DNA of 64,000 nt from an uncultured candidate division Zixibacteria bacterium (lineage in GTDB: Bacteria; Zixibacteria; MSB-5A5; GN15; PGXB01): positions 3,520,001 to 3,584,000 of the forward strand of contig OY969724.1 in NCBI GenBank assembly GCA_963702205.1. Direction: 5' to 3'. Within the stretch, counting starts at the first letter, position 1, and every line of letters starts with the position of its first letter. The translations under genes and the position numbers were made by a program. Under the pieces are notes generated by a model. It ran no database searches and had not been told where the DNA came from. It worked only from the letters and a program-made list of their open reading frames with translations. Below, one piece after another: positions 19,802 through 28,180 of this stretch.

Positions 19802-21938
19802 TGCGATTAAAGGGCTGATCGGTGAAAAGAAATTCTCTGAAGCACTGATCGAAATTGAAAACATCGAGATATCGCAATCAAATAATGCCGAATATGCCTA
19901 CTATTGTTTGATATATGCCGATATCAAACTCTGGTTGGGTGATTATAATAGTATTATTCCATATCTTAATACTGCCTTAAATTATTATAAGACCAGTGCG
20001 GACAATCAATATTATGCGCAAGCGAAATATTTGCAGGGGAAGTACTTGGTCTTTATTGGTCAGCGGATAAATGCGCAGGAAAAGCTTTTGGAAGCTTACC
20101 TGAATTTCAAGAGATACGAAGATTTAGAATCGGCTCAGCGAGTTTTAAATTATTTGGCTTTTGTCCAGCATCAGGGCGGAGCAATTAACGATGCCATATT
20201 GAATATTCGAAAGTGTATTGAAATCAACCAGAATTTGGGGAAATTGGATAATGTTTTAACGCTTAAACGCAACTTGGCTTTGGTGCAATTGACTTGCGGA
20301 CAGATTCAATCTGCCTTGATGCAACAAAAAGAAATTGGACGGGAAATTGCAAATGCAAGAATCAATGACAGGGGTCAGTATTACCTTATTTTATCGTTAG
20401 TTTTAGGACACCTTGGCGATATTAATAGCGCCCGCGAAAAGATGGCAATGGCCTTACCTTGTTTAGATGATTACCAACGCGAACACGCCATCTATTATGA
20501 ATATCTCGGCTGGATATATAATCTCGATGGGCAATATGATAAGGCTGAAAAAGCCCTCAAATCTGGACTTGAGGTCGCCCTGAAGATTGCTCCGGAAGGC
20601 GATCTCGTCTCCCAAATAAAACGCCTCCTGGCCGACGCCTATTTAGGTCTGAAACAATACGACAATGCATATTCGACCGCCGAAGAAGCGCTCAAAGTCG
20701 CAGAGAAAATAAACGAACGAGCCGAAATTGCAGCCTGTTATCGTGTGTTTGCTCAAGTGGAACAACAGCGAAGAATAAGTAACAAAGCGCGTGAGTGGTA
20801 CAAGAAAGCGGTTGATTTATTTAAACTAATCCAATCCCGCTATGAGCTGGCCGCGACACAATATCTTATGGCTGAATCGAACTTATATGGTCCTCAGGAA
20901 CGAACCGCCCTGTTATACATGGCAAAAGAGTATTTCGAAGCCGAGGATATCAAACCATATATTAATAAGATTAAGACCCTTGAATCGGCTCAGCACAAAA
21001 ATCCAAAGACTGTACCGTTAAAAGCCAATACCGACGGACAACAAGCGGTGCCGCGATTTATCGCGGTCCACCCCGCCACGAAAAAAATTGTCGATATGGC
21101 CGATCACATCGCCGGTTGCAATATGACGGTGCTCTTAACCGGCCCGACCGGATCGGGCAAAGACCATCTCGCCGCCTATATCCACGAGCAATCCGGACGA
21201 ACCGGCGAATTCGTAACCATCAATTGCGCCGCGATTCCCGACAGTATGGTCGAAGCCGAGCTTTTCGGCTACGCCAAAGGAGCTTTCACCGGGGCGGATG
21301 GTGAAAAAACCGGCCTTCTCGAACACGCCGACGGTGGGACGGTGTACTTAAACGAAATCGGCGACGGCACCGAAGCGTTGCAGGCAAAGCTGCTGGAAGT
21401 CATAGAAACGCGGCGGATCAGACGCCTCGGCTCGACTGAATCGAGACAGGTAGACATAAGATTTATCGCCGCCACGTGTCACGACCTTAAAGAGCGAATC
21501 CAAAACGGCAAATTCCGGCTGGATTTGTACCATCGCCTGAACGAAATTCCGATATTTCTTCCCCCTCTCGACGAACGCAAAGATGACATCCCCGAGCTGG
21601 TGCGTCACTATCTCTCGTCCATGGATGCATCCATAAAGGCCGGGAACGGCGACCTCGAATACGCCCGCCTTTGCGAACTGCTGGTTGACCGAACCTGGGC
21701 AGGCAACATCCGGGAACTTCGGCTAAAATTAAACTGGCTGCACAAAATGTTCGGGTCGGACATATCCGGCATGGTTGACCACCTGGAAGCTCAGGAATTG
21801 AGCGATCGTGAACTGCTGCTTAAGACACTCGAGGAAACCGGCTGGAACCGCTCGGAGACGGCCCGTCGCCTCGGAGTCACCGAGGGAACCGTACGGTATC
21901 GCATCGCTAAATATAATCTTGTCGAACGGGTCACGTAA
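19773..21938 (+). CDS. TPR-domain sigma-54 enhancer-binding protein (TPR-AAA+-Fis HTH)
   Basis: ~400 aa helical TPR-like N-terminus; Walker [47 protein letters not shown]. Confidence 0.9.
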   Translation: MKETIAENLNAIKGLIGEKKFSEALIEIENIEISQSNNAEYAYYCLIYADIKLWLGDYNSIIPYLNTALNYYKTSADNQYYAQAKYLQGKYLVFIGQRINAQEKLLEAYLNFKRYEDLESAQRVLNYLAFVQHQGGAINDAILNIRKCIEINQNLGKLDNVLTLKRNLALVQLTCGQIQSALMQQKEIGREIANARINDRGQYYLILSLVLGHLGDINSAREKMAMALPCLDDYQREHAIYYEYLGWIYNLDGQYDKAEKALKSGLEVALKIAPEGDLVSQIKRLLADAYLGLKQYDNAYSTAEEALKVAEKINERAEIAACYRVFAQVEQQRRISNKAREWYKKAVDLFKLIQSRYELAATQYLMAESNLYGPQERTALLYMAKEYFEAEDIKPYINKIKTLESAQHKNPKTVPLKANTDGQQAVPRFIAVHPATKKIVDMADHIAGCNMTVLLTGPTGSGKDHLAAYIHEQSGRTGEFVTINCAAIPDSMVEAELFGYAKGAFTGADGEKTGLLEHADGGTVYLNEIGDGTEALQAKLLEVIETRRIRRLGSTESRQVDIRFIAATCHDLKERIQNGKFRLDLYHRLNEIPIFLPPLDERKDDIPELVRHYLSSMDASIKAGNGDLEYARLCELLVDRTWAGNIRELRLKLNWLHKMFGSDISGMVDHLEAQELSDRELLLKTLEETGWNRSETARRLGVTEGTVRYRIAKYNLVERVT

Positions 21939-21982
21939 TCCTCAGGTTTTCTTTTTTATCATTCAAACCAGCATTCCAGAAT

Positions 21983-22026
21983 TCGTAATTTACGAGTTTT
22001 TGCGAATGTGACCTCGTAATTTACGA
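21983..22026. promoter_or_regulatory. Tandem palindromic enhancer (UAS) sites, copy 2
   Basis: TCGTAATTTACGA at 21983-21995 and 22014-22026; centres 31 bp apart. Confidence 0.75.
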
Positions 22027-22125
22027 ATCGGGACAATATACTCCATTATTATTCAGGCTCTGTTTATATCTCCTAATTAATTATAGGGCAACCAATTATA
22101 ATCTTGTTCAATCGGTTGTCCAAAA

Positions 22126-22142
22126 TCGGCACAACATTTGAT
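22126..22142 (+). promoter_or_regulatory. Sigma-54-type -24/-12 promoter, copy 2
   Basis: TCGGCACAACATTTGAT; GG lies 108 bp after the proximal palindrome centre, as in copy 1. Confidence 0.65.
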
Positions 22143-22158
22143 TTATACTTTTTAAGAT

Positions 22159-22271
22159 ATGGGGAAGGACAGACATTCCAAGCCTGTACCTATTGGTTAA
22201 TCGAGGCCGGAGAATAATCGGGCTGGCCCGAAAATGACCGCCCGATCCGGCTCATAGATCGGAAAGGGGGT
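22159..22271 (+). ncRNA. Conserved structured 5' leader (uORF plus hairpin), copy 2
   Basis: AGCCTGTACCTATTGGTTAATCGAGGCCGGA shared with copy 1; hairpin at 22205-22252. Confidence 0.5.
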
Positions 22272-22361
22272 AGATATAGCGGTTTAAAAATTACAATGAA
22301 AATTACGCAAATTCGTCCGTAAAAAACCACTTGCATCTTAAAAAGGAAGGGGTAAGGGATT

Positions 22362-23273
22362 ATGCGCACCAGGGCGTTATTAATTTTGGCTGCCTTTTTA
22401 TTGGGGCTGTTTATGGTGGCATGCAATGATGCCAAAATTCCGACAAATCATTCAAATAACATCATCCCGTATAATACTAAAATCATTTCACTTTCGGATG
22501 AGATGAAGCTGGAAGATAATATCAAAGCGGGCTTTAATCCCAATCCACTCCTGGTTGATACGCTTTCTAATAATACAATAGTAATCGTTAATCAGGCCAG
22601 TACAATGGGAGACATCGTTACCGCATATTTCACCTATATTCCCGAAAACGAATCTCCACGTGAACGTATTATCAAATTGCATAAATCACTATATTCATTA
22701 GCGCTTTATGATAATAGTGGAATATTGCTGTGCGGCTATGATGCAACCCAGTCGGATTCCAATAATGTGAATTTATCGGTTTTCAGTGAAAACTTCAAAT
22801 TAGGCATTTCCACGCCAATAGAAGGCAACGGCAATTTGAAGTTTGAAGTTATCTGCGATGGTGTACATGCCTATACGGAGTTCGCCAATGAAGCTGTTTT
22901 CGACTCTGCCATTAGTATTTATGAAAATGTCTATGACAATGGGTACAATAGGGAGCTTTTATCGCCCGAACAACTTGAGTTATTGACTAAATTGGAAAAT
23001 TTCAATGTGTGCTCAGGCATATTCGATGAAATAGACGAATCAGAGGTAGACATTTCCAAGGTTCTGGCCGGGAGTAAACAGTTTAAAGAAGCCATCGGCA
23101 TATCAGATTCGGGCAACTCAGTTATATCAGAAATGCCAAAATGGCTGAAAAAAATATGCACAATTGTCAATTACGCCAAAAAAATCTGCAGCATAATTGG
23201 CAATACTGTGATATGTGAATATGTTGAGATATTAAGTATTATCTGTGATATGCTCGCGGAAATATTCGAGTAA
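22362..23273 (+). CDS. Lipoprotein with C-terminal Cys-rich peptide (putative bacteriocin/toxin precursor), paralog 2
   Basis: Lipobox MVAC; tail PKWLKKICTIVNYAKKICSIIGNTVICEYVEILSIIC. Confidence 0.6.
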   Translation: MRTRALLILAAFLLGLFMVACNDAKIPTNHSNNIIPYNTKIISLSDEMKLEDNIKAGFNPNPLLVDTLSNNTIVIVNQASTMGDIVTAYFTYIPENESPRERIIKLHKSLYSLALYDNSGILLCGYDATQSDSNNVNLSVFSENFKLGISTPIEGNGNLKFEVICDGVHAYTEFANEAVFDSAISIYENVYDNGYNRELLSPEQLELLTKLENFNVCSGIFDEIDESEVDISKVLAGSKQFKEAIGISDSGNSVISEMPKWLKKICTIVNYAKKICSIIGNTVICEYVEILSIICDMLAEIFE

Positions 23274-23306
23274 TCATAACCCCCCCACGATTCCGCCAGG
23301 CGACGG

Positions 23307-24314
23307 CTATCTGGTCGTCGTCTCGTTTTTTAACATAAGTCCTTTCGGCAATACAAACAAGCTGTCGGCCAGGTTCCGCTTTTCGAGATTTATTACTTCG
23401 TTAGAAAATGATATAAAATTTATGAGCGAATCGTTCGATCCGGATCCGAACAGCTTTTGGAACATTGTGAGGAAATGTGTTTCAAACGAATTAGAAGTCG
23501 AATCCATAGAGTCGGGACTATCGCCAGCAGTTGATAATTCATCCGGCGCATTAAAGAGGCCAACTCCGGCTTTTGCATTTAGATCAAATTTCATGATGAT
23601 ACGGCCGAAGACCAATGATCTGCGCACGAGTTCTTTCAAGTGCAATTTTAATATATCACGAAAGCCTTCCACGTCATCGAGGTCTGATTCGGCAACGCCG
23701 GCAAAATCATTTAAGCCGAAACCATGCCTCTGATTTATCTGATAATTTCGGTAAATATTCATGGCGGGAAAGCTATCACATATCCAGATATTTGTTACCA
23801 TTAACATTGAATCAGTCAGGGAGGGTTTGCAACAGGAGTAGAGGCTCACTCGATAACACGGGTATCCGTTAATTGTATCCGGTACGTTCGATGCATCCAG
23901 TGTCGTAATCCAGGTATATTCACCATTTGATGTATCCTGCGGAAACTTGAATGACACAAATCCGGTATCAATCGGACCTTGGGAATCATCGGGCATTGGA
24001 CTCAAATCGGTTATATCATAAGTATTGGCTAACAAATCAATATTCCAGGCGGTCTGACTGCCATAATCCTCTATGGAAAGCGTACTTTCGGCATTGGACT
24101 CAGGATCAAATCGGGATAATCCGTATGGTTCCGATACGCATTCATTGCGGGTCTTATTGTCTGTAATAAAGTCCACCATTTGACTTGTTTCCCCACCCAT
24201 ACCCATAAAATTGCAATTCAGTTTGCTATTGATTACAAGTCCTTCTTCGGCCGTACCGGTCGAAAAGAAAATAACCAAAAGCAGCGCCGCCGGTAGCAAT
24301 GAATTCATTTTCAT
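23307..24314 (-). CDS. Secreted hypothetical protein (DUF4412-like)
   Basis: Signal peptide; DTINGYPCYRV and LADSLFVLPKG motifs. Confidence 0.55.
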   Translation of the reverse strand: MKMNSLLPAALLLVIFFSTGTAEEGLVINSKLNCNFMGMGGETSQMVDFITDNKTRNECVSEPYGLSRFDPESNAESTLSIEDYGSQTAWNIDLLANTYDITDLSPMPDDSQGPIDTGFVSFKFPQDTSNGEYTWITTLDASNVPDTINGYPCYRVSLYSCCKPSLTDSMLMVTNIWICDSFPAMNIYRNYQINQRHGFGLNDFAGVAESDLDDVEGFRDILKLHLKELVRRSLVFGRIIMKFDLNAKAGVGLFNAPDELSTAGDSPDSMDSTSNSFETHFLTMFQKLFGSGSNDSLINFISFSNEVINLEKRNLADSLFVLPKGLMLKNETTTR

Positions 24315-24530
24315 GAACGCCCTCCTTTAGATGATAAAAATAATATACTGCAATCAACCCCAAATTTCAAATAATTTTCGGCAATAATCAGAGCAGGTGA
24401 ACTTGGCATCAATTACTTTCATTTACTTTCATTCCCTTATCTCGTCACATGTCAAGTCGACCATTTTAAATTCGTGCACAAAGCATTTATTCATAATGAC
24501 ATGCAATTCCATTTTTTGTCACGTGCATCT

Positions 24531-24547
24531 TCGGCACGGCATTTGAC
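24531..24547 (+). promoter_or_regulatory. Sigma-54-type promoter, copy 3 (no recognisable UAS pair)
   Basis: ATTTTTTGTCAC..TCGGCACGGCATTTGAC, homologous to the context of copy 1. Confidence 0.55.
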
Positions 24548-24647
24548 TAACACAATTGTGACATCATAATGGAGGATTTTCATGGCTTATGCCTTTTAAT
24601 TAATCGATATTGTAGATAAATCGGGCCGGCCCATAGATAAAATTAAT

Positions 24648-25460
24648 ATGCGAATGAACCGACTTAAAACGACTTACCAGCGGAATTTGTTGCTGGGACA
24701 GGGGGTGTCGCTTTTGATCGCGGCCATTGCGATATCGCTGATGCTCTCATTGCAGAAATCTTATGTCACCATTGATCTGCAGGATAAAAAATGTTCGGAG
24801 TCGTTTCCCGCGGCCCTGGACAAGGCACCACATAATGGGGGAAATGCTATTCATATTCGGTCGTTGTCCGGCGTCCGGATTGATGCGGTAGCCGGTAATG
24901 GATACAACATAGTGAATTATCCTAACTACTCCCCCGATTTTGGCAAAACTGACATTGATAGGGGCGATTTTATGATTTTCGGTGATTATTACGGCAATTC
25001 TGGCGGTGGCTTGAATCCAGTAATCAAATCCGGGGATACTTCGGATGCCTGGCCGATAGCGAACAAGCATACTTTTTTGCAGGATTATTCGATTGAGTCC
25101 TTCTTGTCCGATCGCGTCATTACTCCACCCGGCGAAAACCGCCCCTTAATAATCAATTTAGTCAAACCGCAATACCCCGGCCGCCTTCGTTATAATTGCG
25201 ATGCCATTGTGAAGCTTGGGTTTTCTGTCACCGAGAAAGGGTTTATAGGAAAAATCGATATTATCAACGAGGACCCGGTGGGTTTTGGATTTGCCCTCGC
25301 GGTGAAGGAAGCCTTAAGAAACAGTTGGATATGGCCAGCCGTAAAAGACGGTCATAAAATTGGGGCATATTATACCTTAACATACGAATTTTGCGAAAAG
25401 TGTCCGGACAAGCCGGTCGTTGTCGAATCCGAGGGCGATGTCGTTGTTACCATAAAATAA
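24648..25460 (+). CDS. Membrane-anchored protein with TonB C-terminal-like domain
   Basis: LKTTYQR then TM; KPQYP..V.LGF.V.EKG.I..EDP.GFGFA.AV..A...W..PA.KDG. Confidence 0.65.
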   Translation: MRMNRLKTTYQRNLLLGQGVSLLIAAIAISLMLSLQKSYVTIDLQDKKCSESFPAALDKAPHNGGNAIHIRSLSGVRIDAVAGNGYNIVNYPNYSPDFGKTDIDRGDFMIFGDYYGNSGGGLNPVIKSGDTSDAWPIANKHTFLQDYSIESFLSDRVITPPGENRPLIINLVKPQYPGRLRYNCDAIVKLGFSVTEKGFIGKIDIINEDPVGFGFALAVKEALRNSWIWPAVKDGHKIGAYYTLTYEFCEKCPDKPVVVESEGDVVVTIK

Positions 25461-25546
25461 AGTGCGAAAGTATCATGCCGGCATTGAAGTCTAAATGCTA
25501 TTGCGATGGTAAGGTACATATAACAATATATTGTTGGAGGATTTCA

Positions 25547-25729
25547 ATGGTTGCCGTCGAGTATTATTTCGACGAAGTCGAAATTGTCACGCAACGGAAC
25601 TCCATTATAATCCCAGAGTCCTGCCGTAAACCCGAGAATATTTTAAACAATCTCTTGATTGATGCGTGTATTATATACCGGAACGATCCGAGGTATATCA
25701 TCCCCTTCCGAACATCGTTTTGGAGGTAA
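25547..25729 (+). CDS. Small hypothetical protein (60 aa)
   Basis: SD GGAGG before the ATG at 25547; stop abuts the next gene's start. Confidence 0.35.
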   Translation: MVAVEYYFDEVEIVTQRNSIIIPESCRKPENILNNLLIDACIIYRNDPRYIIPFRTSFWR

Positions 25730-25730
25730 T

Positions 25731-26546
25731 TTGACTGTCAGCCCCTTAAAAACAAGTTACCAGAAATCGATTATCGCAGGATTGCTGGCCAGTTCGCTGG
25801 CCATGATTGCGGCGGCGATATTCCTGTCCAATGCCGGTTCCTTGGAACGACCCGTGAAAATACGAACGGACAAAAGTATTTATACGATCGTCTGGGCTAA
25901 AAGCAGGGATCGATCGCAAGACAACTGTGTAAGTGAAAGTTCTCCTCCGGCCGAGACCTCAAACGAATCCAATGCCAAAAGGACCATGCCCGAAACTCAG
26001 GATATTGATTCACATCATGCCGTAAACGAAAGCCCTGTCCCGGCGGGATTTTCACTGGCGCAGTATACGACCGGTGCGTACGGGATGAACATGAACATAA
26101 CCGTGCCCACGCAAAACGCTCCGGAATTTGTACCAATGCCTGGCAATGGATTAACCTACGGTGCTAATTCAGACGGTACACGGGACATGGAAATGCCGTT
26201 CGGAAATATGAGCCATCAACCTCTTTTCATAAAATTATTCAGCCTTAAAGCTCCGGATGAGTGCAAGGTGCGTCAGGATACAGTCATAGTATTGCTGAAT
26301 ATAGATGACAAGGCACAAATTAAGAGCATAGAGACCATTTATGACAGCAACCCGGGCAACGGATTTGATACAAATTTCAAGAATGCCATTCGCTATGCTC
26401 ATATCAGACCCGAAATAAAGGACGGCTTGCCAGTCGGAGGAAGTTATTATTTATGCTGGATATGGGGCGAACATGGCCGCGTGGGGGTCAAAAATGCCGA
26501 GAATATTCGCATTCAGTTGGTACCGATCAACCGTGCAGGTTTTTAA
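25731..26546 (+). CDS. Membrane-anchored TonB-C-like protein, paralog 2
   Basis: SD GGAGG plus TTG start; LKTSYQK then TM; C-terminal SNPGNGF..AIR....PEIKDGLPVG. Confidence 0.5.
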   Translation: MTVSPLKTSYQKSIIAGLLASSLAMIAAAIFLSNAGSLERPVKIRTDKSIYTIVWAKSRDRSQDNCVSESSPPAETSNESNAKRTMPETQDIDSHHAVNESPVPAGFSLAQYTTGAYGMNMNITVPTQNAPEFVPMPGNGLTYGANSDGTRDMEMPFGNMSHQPLFIKLFSLKAPDECKVRQDTVIVLLNIDDKAQIKSIETIYDSNPGNGFDTNFKNAIRYAHIRPEIKDGLPVGGSYYLCWIWGEHGRVGVKNAENIRIQLVPINRAGF

Positions 26547-26640
26547 TTGACAATGGTCACCCGGCCGTGCTATTTTTAATTAATAGAAGTCGTTAGTTCG
26601 ACTTGCCCGGGCAAGGCAAAAAATCGGAGGGAATATTATC

Positions 26641-26892
26641 ATGATGTTGCCGCATATTTTGAGTACAGCTCAATTGATTTTATGGTTGTTCAGTTTCGTG
26701 CTCTGGATTATGTCAACCTACCATCGTGATTATAAAGTGCAATTATCCGATTTGCCGCCGTCCGCGAAGTATATAGTGTACAAACGTCGCACGTTTTTTA
26801 GAACCGGCACCGGATTTTTGTACTATGCTATCGCCTGGACATTATTCGGGATCGGTGCGGTACTTGGCATTATTTCCGGATTTATTCGTTAA
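26641..26892 (+). CDS. Small two-TM membrane protein (orphan immunity-like)
   Basis: SD GGAGG; TM, basic loop, FFRTGTGF, TM; candidate promoter TTGACA at 26547 with TGcTATTTT. Confidence 0.55.
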   Translation: MMLPHILSTAQLILWLFSFVLWIMSTYHRDYKVQLSDLPPSAKYIVYKRRTFFRTGTGFLYYAIAWTLFGIGAVLGIISGFIR

Positions 26893-26948
26893 ATACGCGG
26901 AATCTCATTGAATGTATTAAGGCCGGAGATAATTCTCCGGCCTATGGA

Positions 26949-27110
26949 TTACTTCTTTACTTTCTTCCCCCGACCGCTGTCGCGCAGCGCCTGGCGCAGA
27001 AGATATTCAATCTGTCCGTTGAGCGAGCGAAGATCGTCATCGGCCCACTTCTGCAATAGTTTCAGCAGTTCGGGGTCCATACGAAGCAGGAATGACTTCT
27101 TCTCTCCCAC
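26949..27110 (-). CDS. Arc-like ribbon-helix-helix DNA-binding protein
   Basis: KKSFLLRMDP..WADDDLRSLNGQIEYLL; typical partner of SPFH genes; GTG start inferred. Confidence 0.8.
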   Translation of the reverse strand: MGEKKSFLLRMDPELLKLLQKWADDDLRSLNGQIEYLLRQALRDSGRGKKVKK

Positions 27111-27112
27111 GG

Positions 27113-27970
27113 CTATTGATACAACGTCCCCGTGTTTATCACCGGCTGGGTCGAGGTCTCGCCGCACAGTACAACCAGCAGGTTCGAGACCATCGCGGCT
27201 TTGCGCTCATGATCCAGATCGATGATGTCTTTTTCCTTAAGTGCATCCAGCGCCATCTCGACCATACCGACCGCGCCTTCGACTATCAACTGACGGGCCG
27301 CGACAATCGCTCCGGCCTGCTGACGGCGCAGCATGGCCTCGGCGATTTCCGGCGAATAAGCCAGATGGCTGAGGCGTGCCTCGATAACATCCACCCCGGC
27401 CTGGTCCAGACGCTCCTGGATTTCACCCTTGAGCTGTTCCGATATCGCCAGCGTATCGCCGCGAAGTGACAGGCGGCCGTCGACGTGCGTATCGTAAGGA
27501 TGATGGGTCGCCAAATTACGTACAGCGGCTTCGCTCTGGATTTTGACGAATTGCTCGTAGTTGTCCACCTGGAAGCTGGCTTCGGCCGTATCGACCACTT
27601 TCCAAACCACGATCGTCGCGATCTCGATCGGATTGCCGTCGATGTCGTTGACTTTCATACGGCCAGTCTCGAAGTTGCGAATACGAAGCGATAGTCTTTT
27701 CTTGGTGTAAAATGGGTTGGCCCAACGCAGTCCCTCTTCCCGGCACGTCCCGACATATTTGCCGAACAACTGCATAACCCGCGCTTCATTGGGGTTGATG
27801 AAAAACAATCCGGCAAACAAAAACAAGTTAACCAGCAACCAGACTCCGGCCACGATTTTGATAACCGGAACCAGAAAGATTACCGCGAAAACTCCGACGA
27901 TCAGGGTAAACAGGAGAAGGAACAACATTCCCCAGCCCGAACCGACTTTTCTTACTCTTTCTTTAATCAT
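27113..27970 (-). CDS. SPFH/band-7 domain membrane protein
   Basis: [48 protein letters not shown]. Confidence 0.9.
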   Translation of the reverse strand: MIKERVRKVGSGWGMLFLLLFTLIVGVFAVIFLVPVIKIVAGVWLLVNLFLFAGLFFINPNEARVMQLFGKYVGTCREEGLRWANPFYTKKRLSLRIRNFETGRMKVNDIDGNPIEIATIVVWKVVDTAEASFQVDNYEQFVKIQSEAAVRNLATHHPYDTHVDGRLSLRGDTLAISEQLKGEIQERLDQAGVDVIEARLSHLAYSPEIAEAMLRRQQAGAIVAARQLIVEGAVGMVEMALDALKEKDIIDLDHERKAAMVSNLLVVLCGETSTQPVINTGTLYQ

Positions 27971-28121
27971 CTTTGCTCTCCTTGTGATATCATTTTGATA
28001 TATTTACTTCGGAAAAATGATAATATTCAAAAAATCGTAAAATTCCACGCGGCGGACACAAGCCATTGAACTGCAATGCATTACGGCGTCACGTCGGATT
28101 TTTGACACGAAAAATGTGCGG

Positions 28122-28157
28122 AAAATAAATCGGCCCGCCCGGATGGGCGAGCCGGAT
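28122..28157 (-). terminator. Intrinsic terminator
   Basis: CGGCCCGCCC-ggat-GGGCGAGCCG with an A-rich run on the left. Confidence 0.6.
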
Positions 28158-28180
28158 TAGCCTATTAATGTTTTTTTACA

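Noticed and set aside
17024..22435. Two minus-strand ORFs (17024-17353 and 22190-22435) both ending RIGRS...PASINQ
   Set aside because: The similarity is a by-product of the duplicated plus-strand leader; both overlap the lipoprotein starts antisense and are otherwise unrelated.
26949..27110. RHH protein as the antitoxin of a TA system
   Set aside because: No adjacent toxin gene; the SPFH plus Arc-like pair is a common arrangement.
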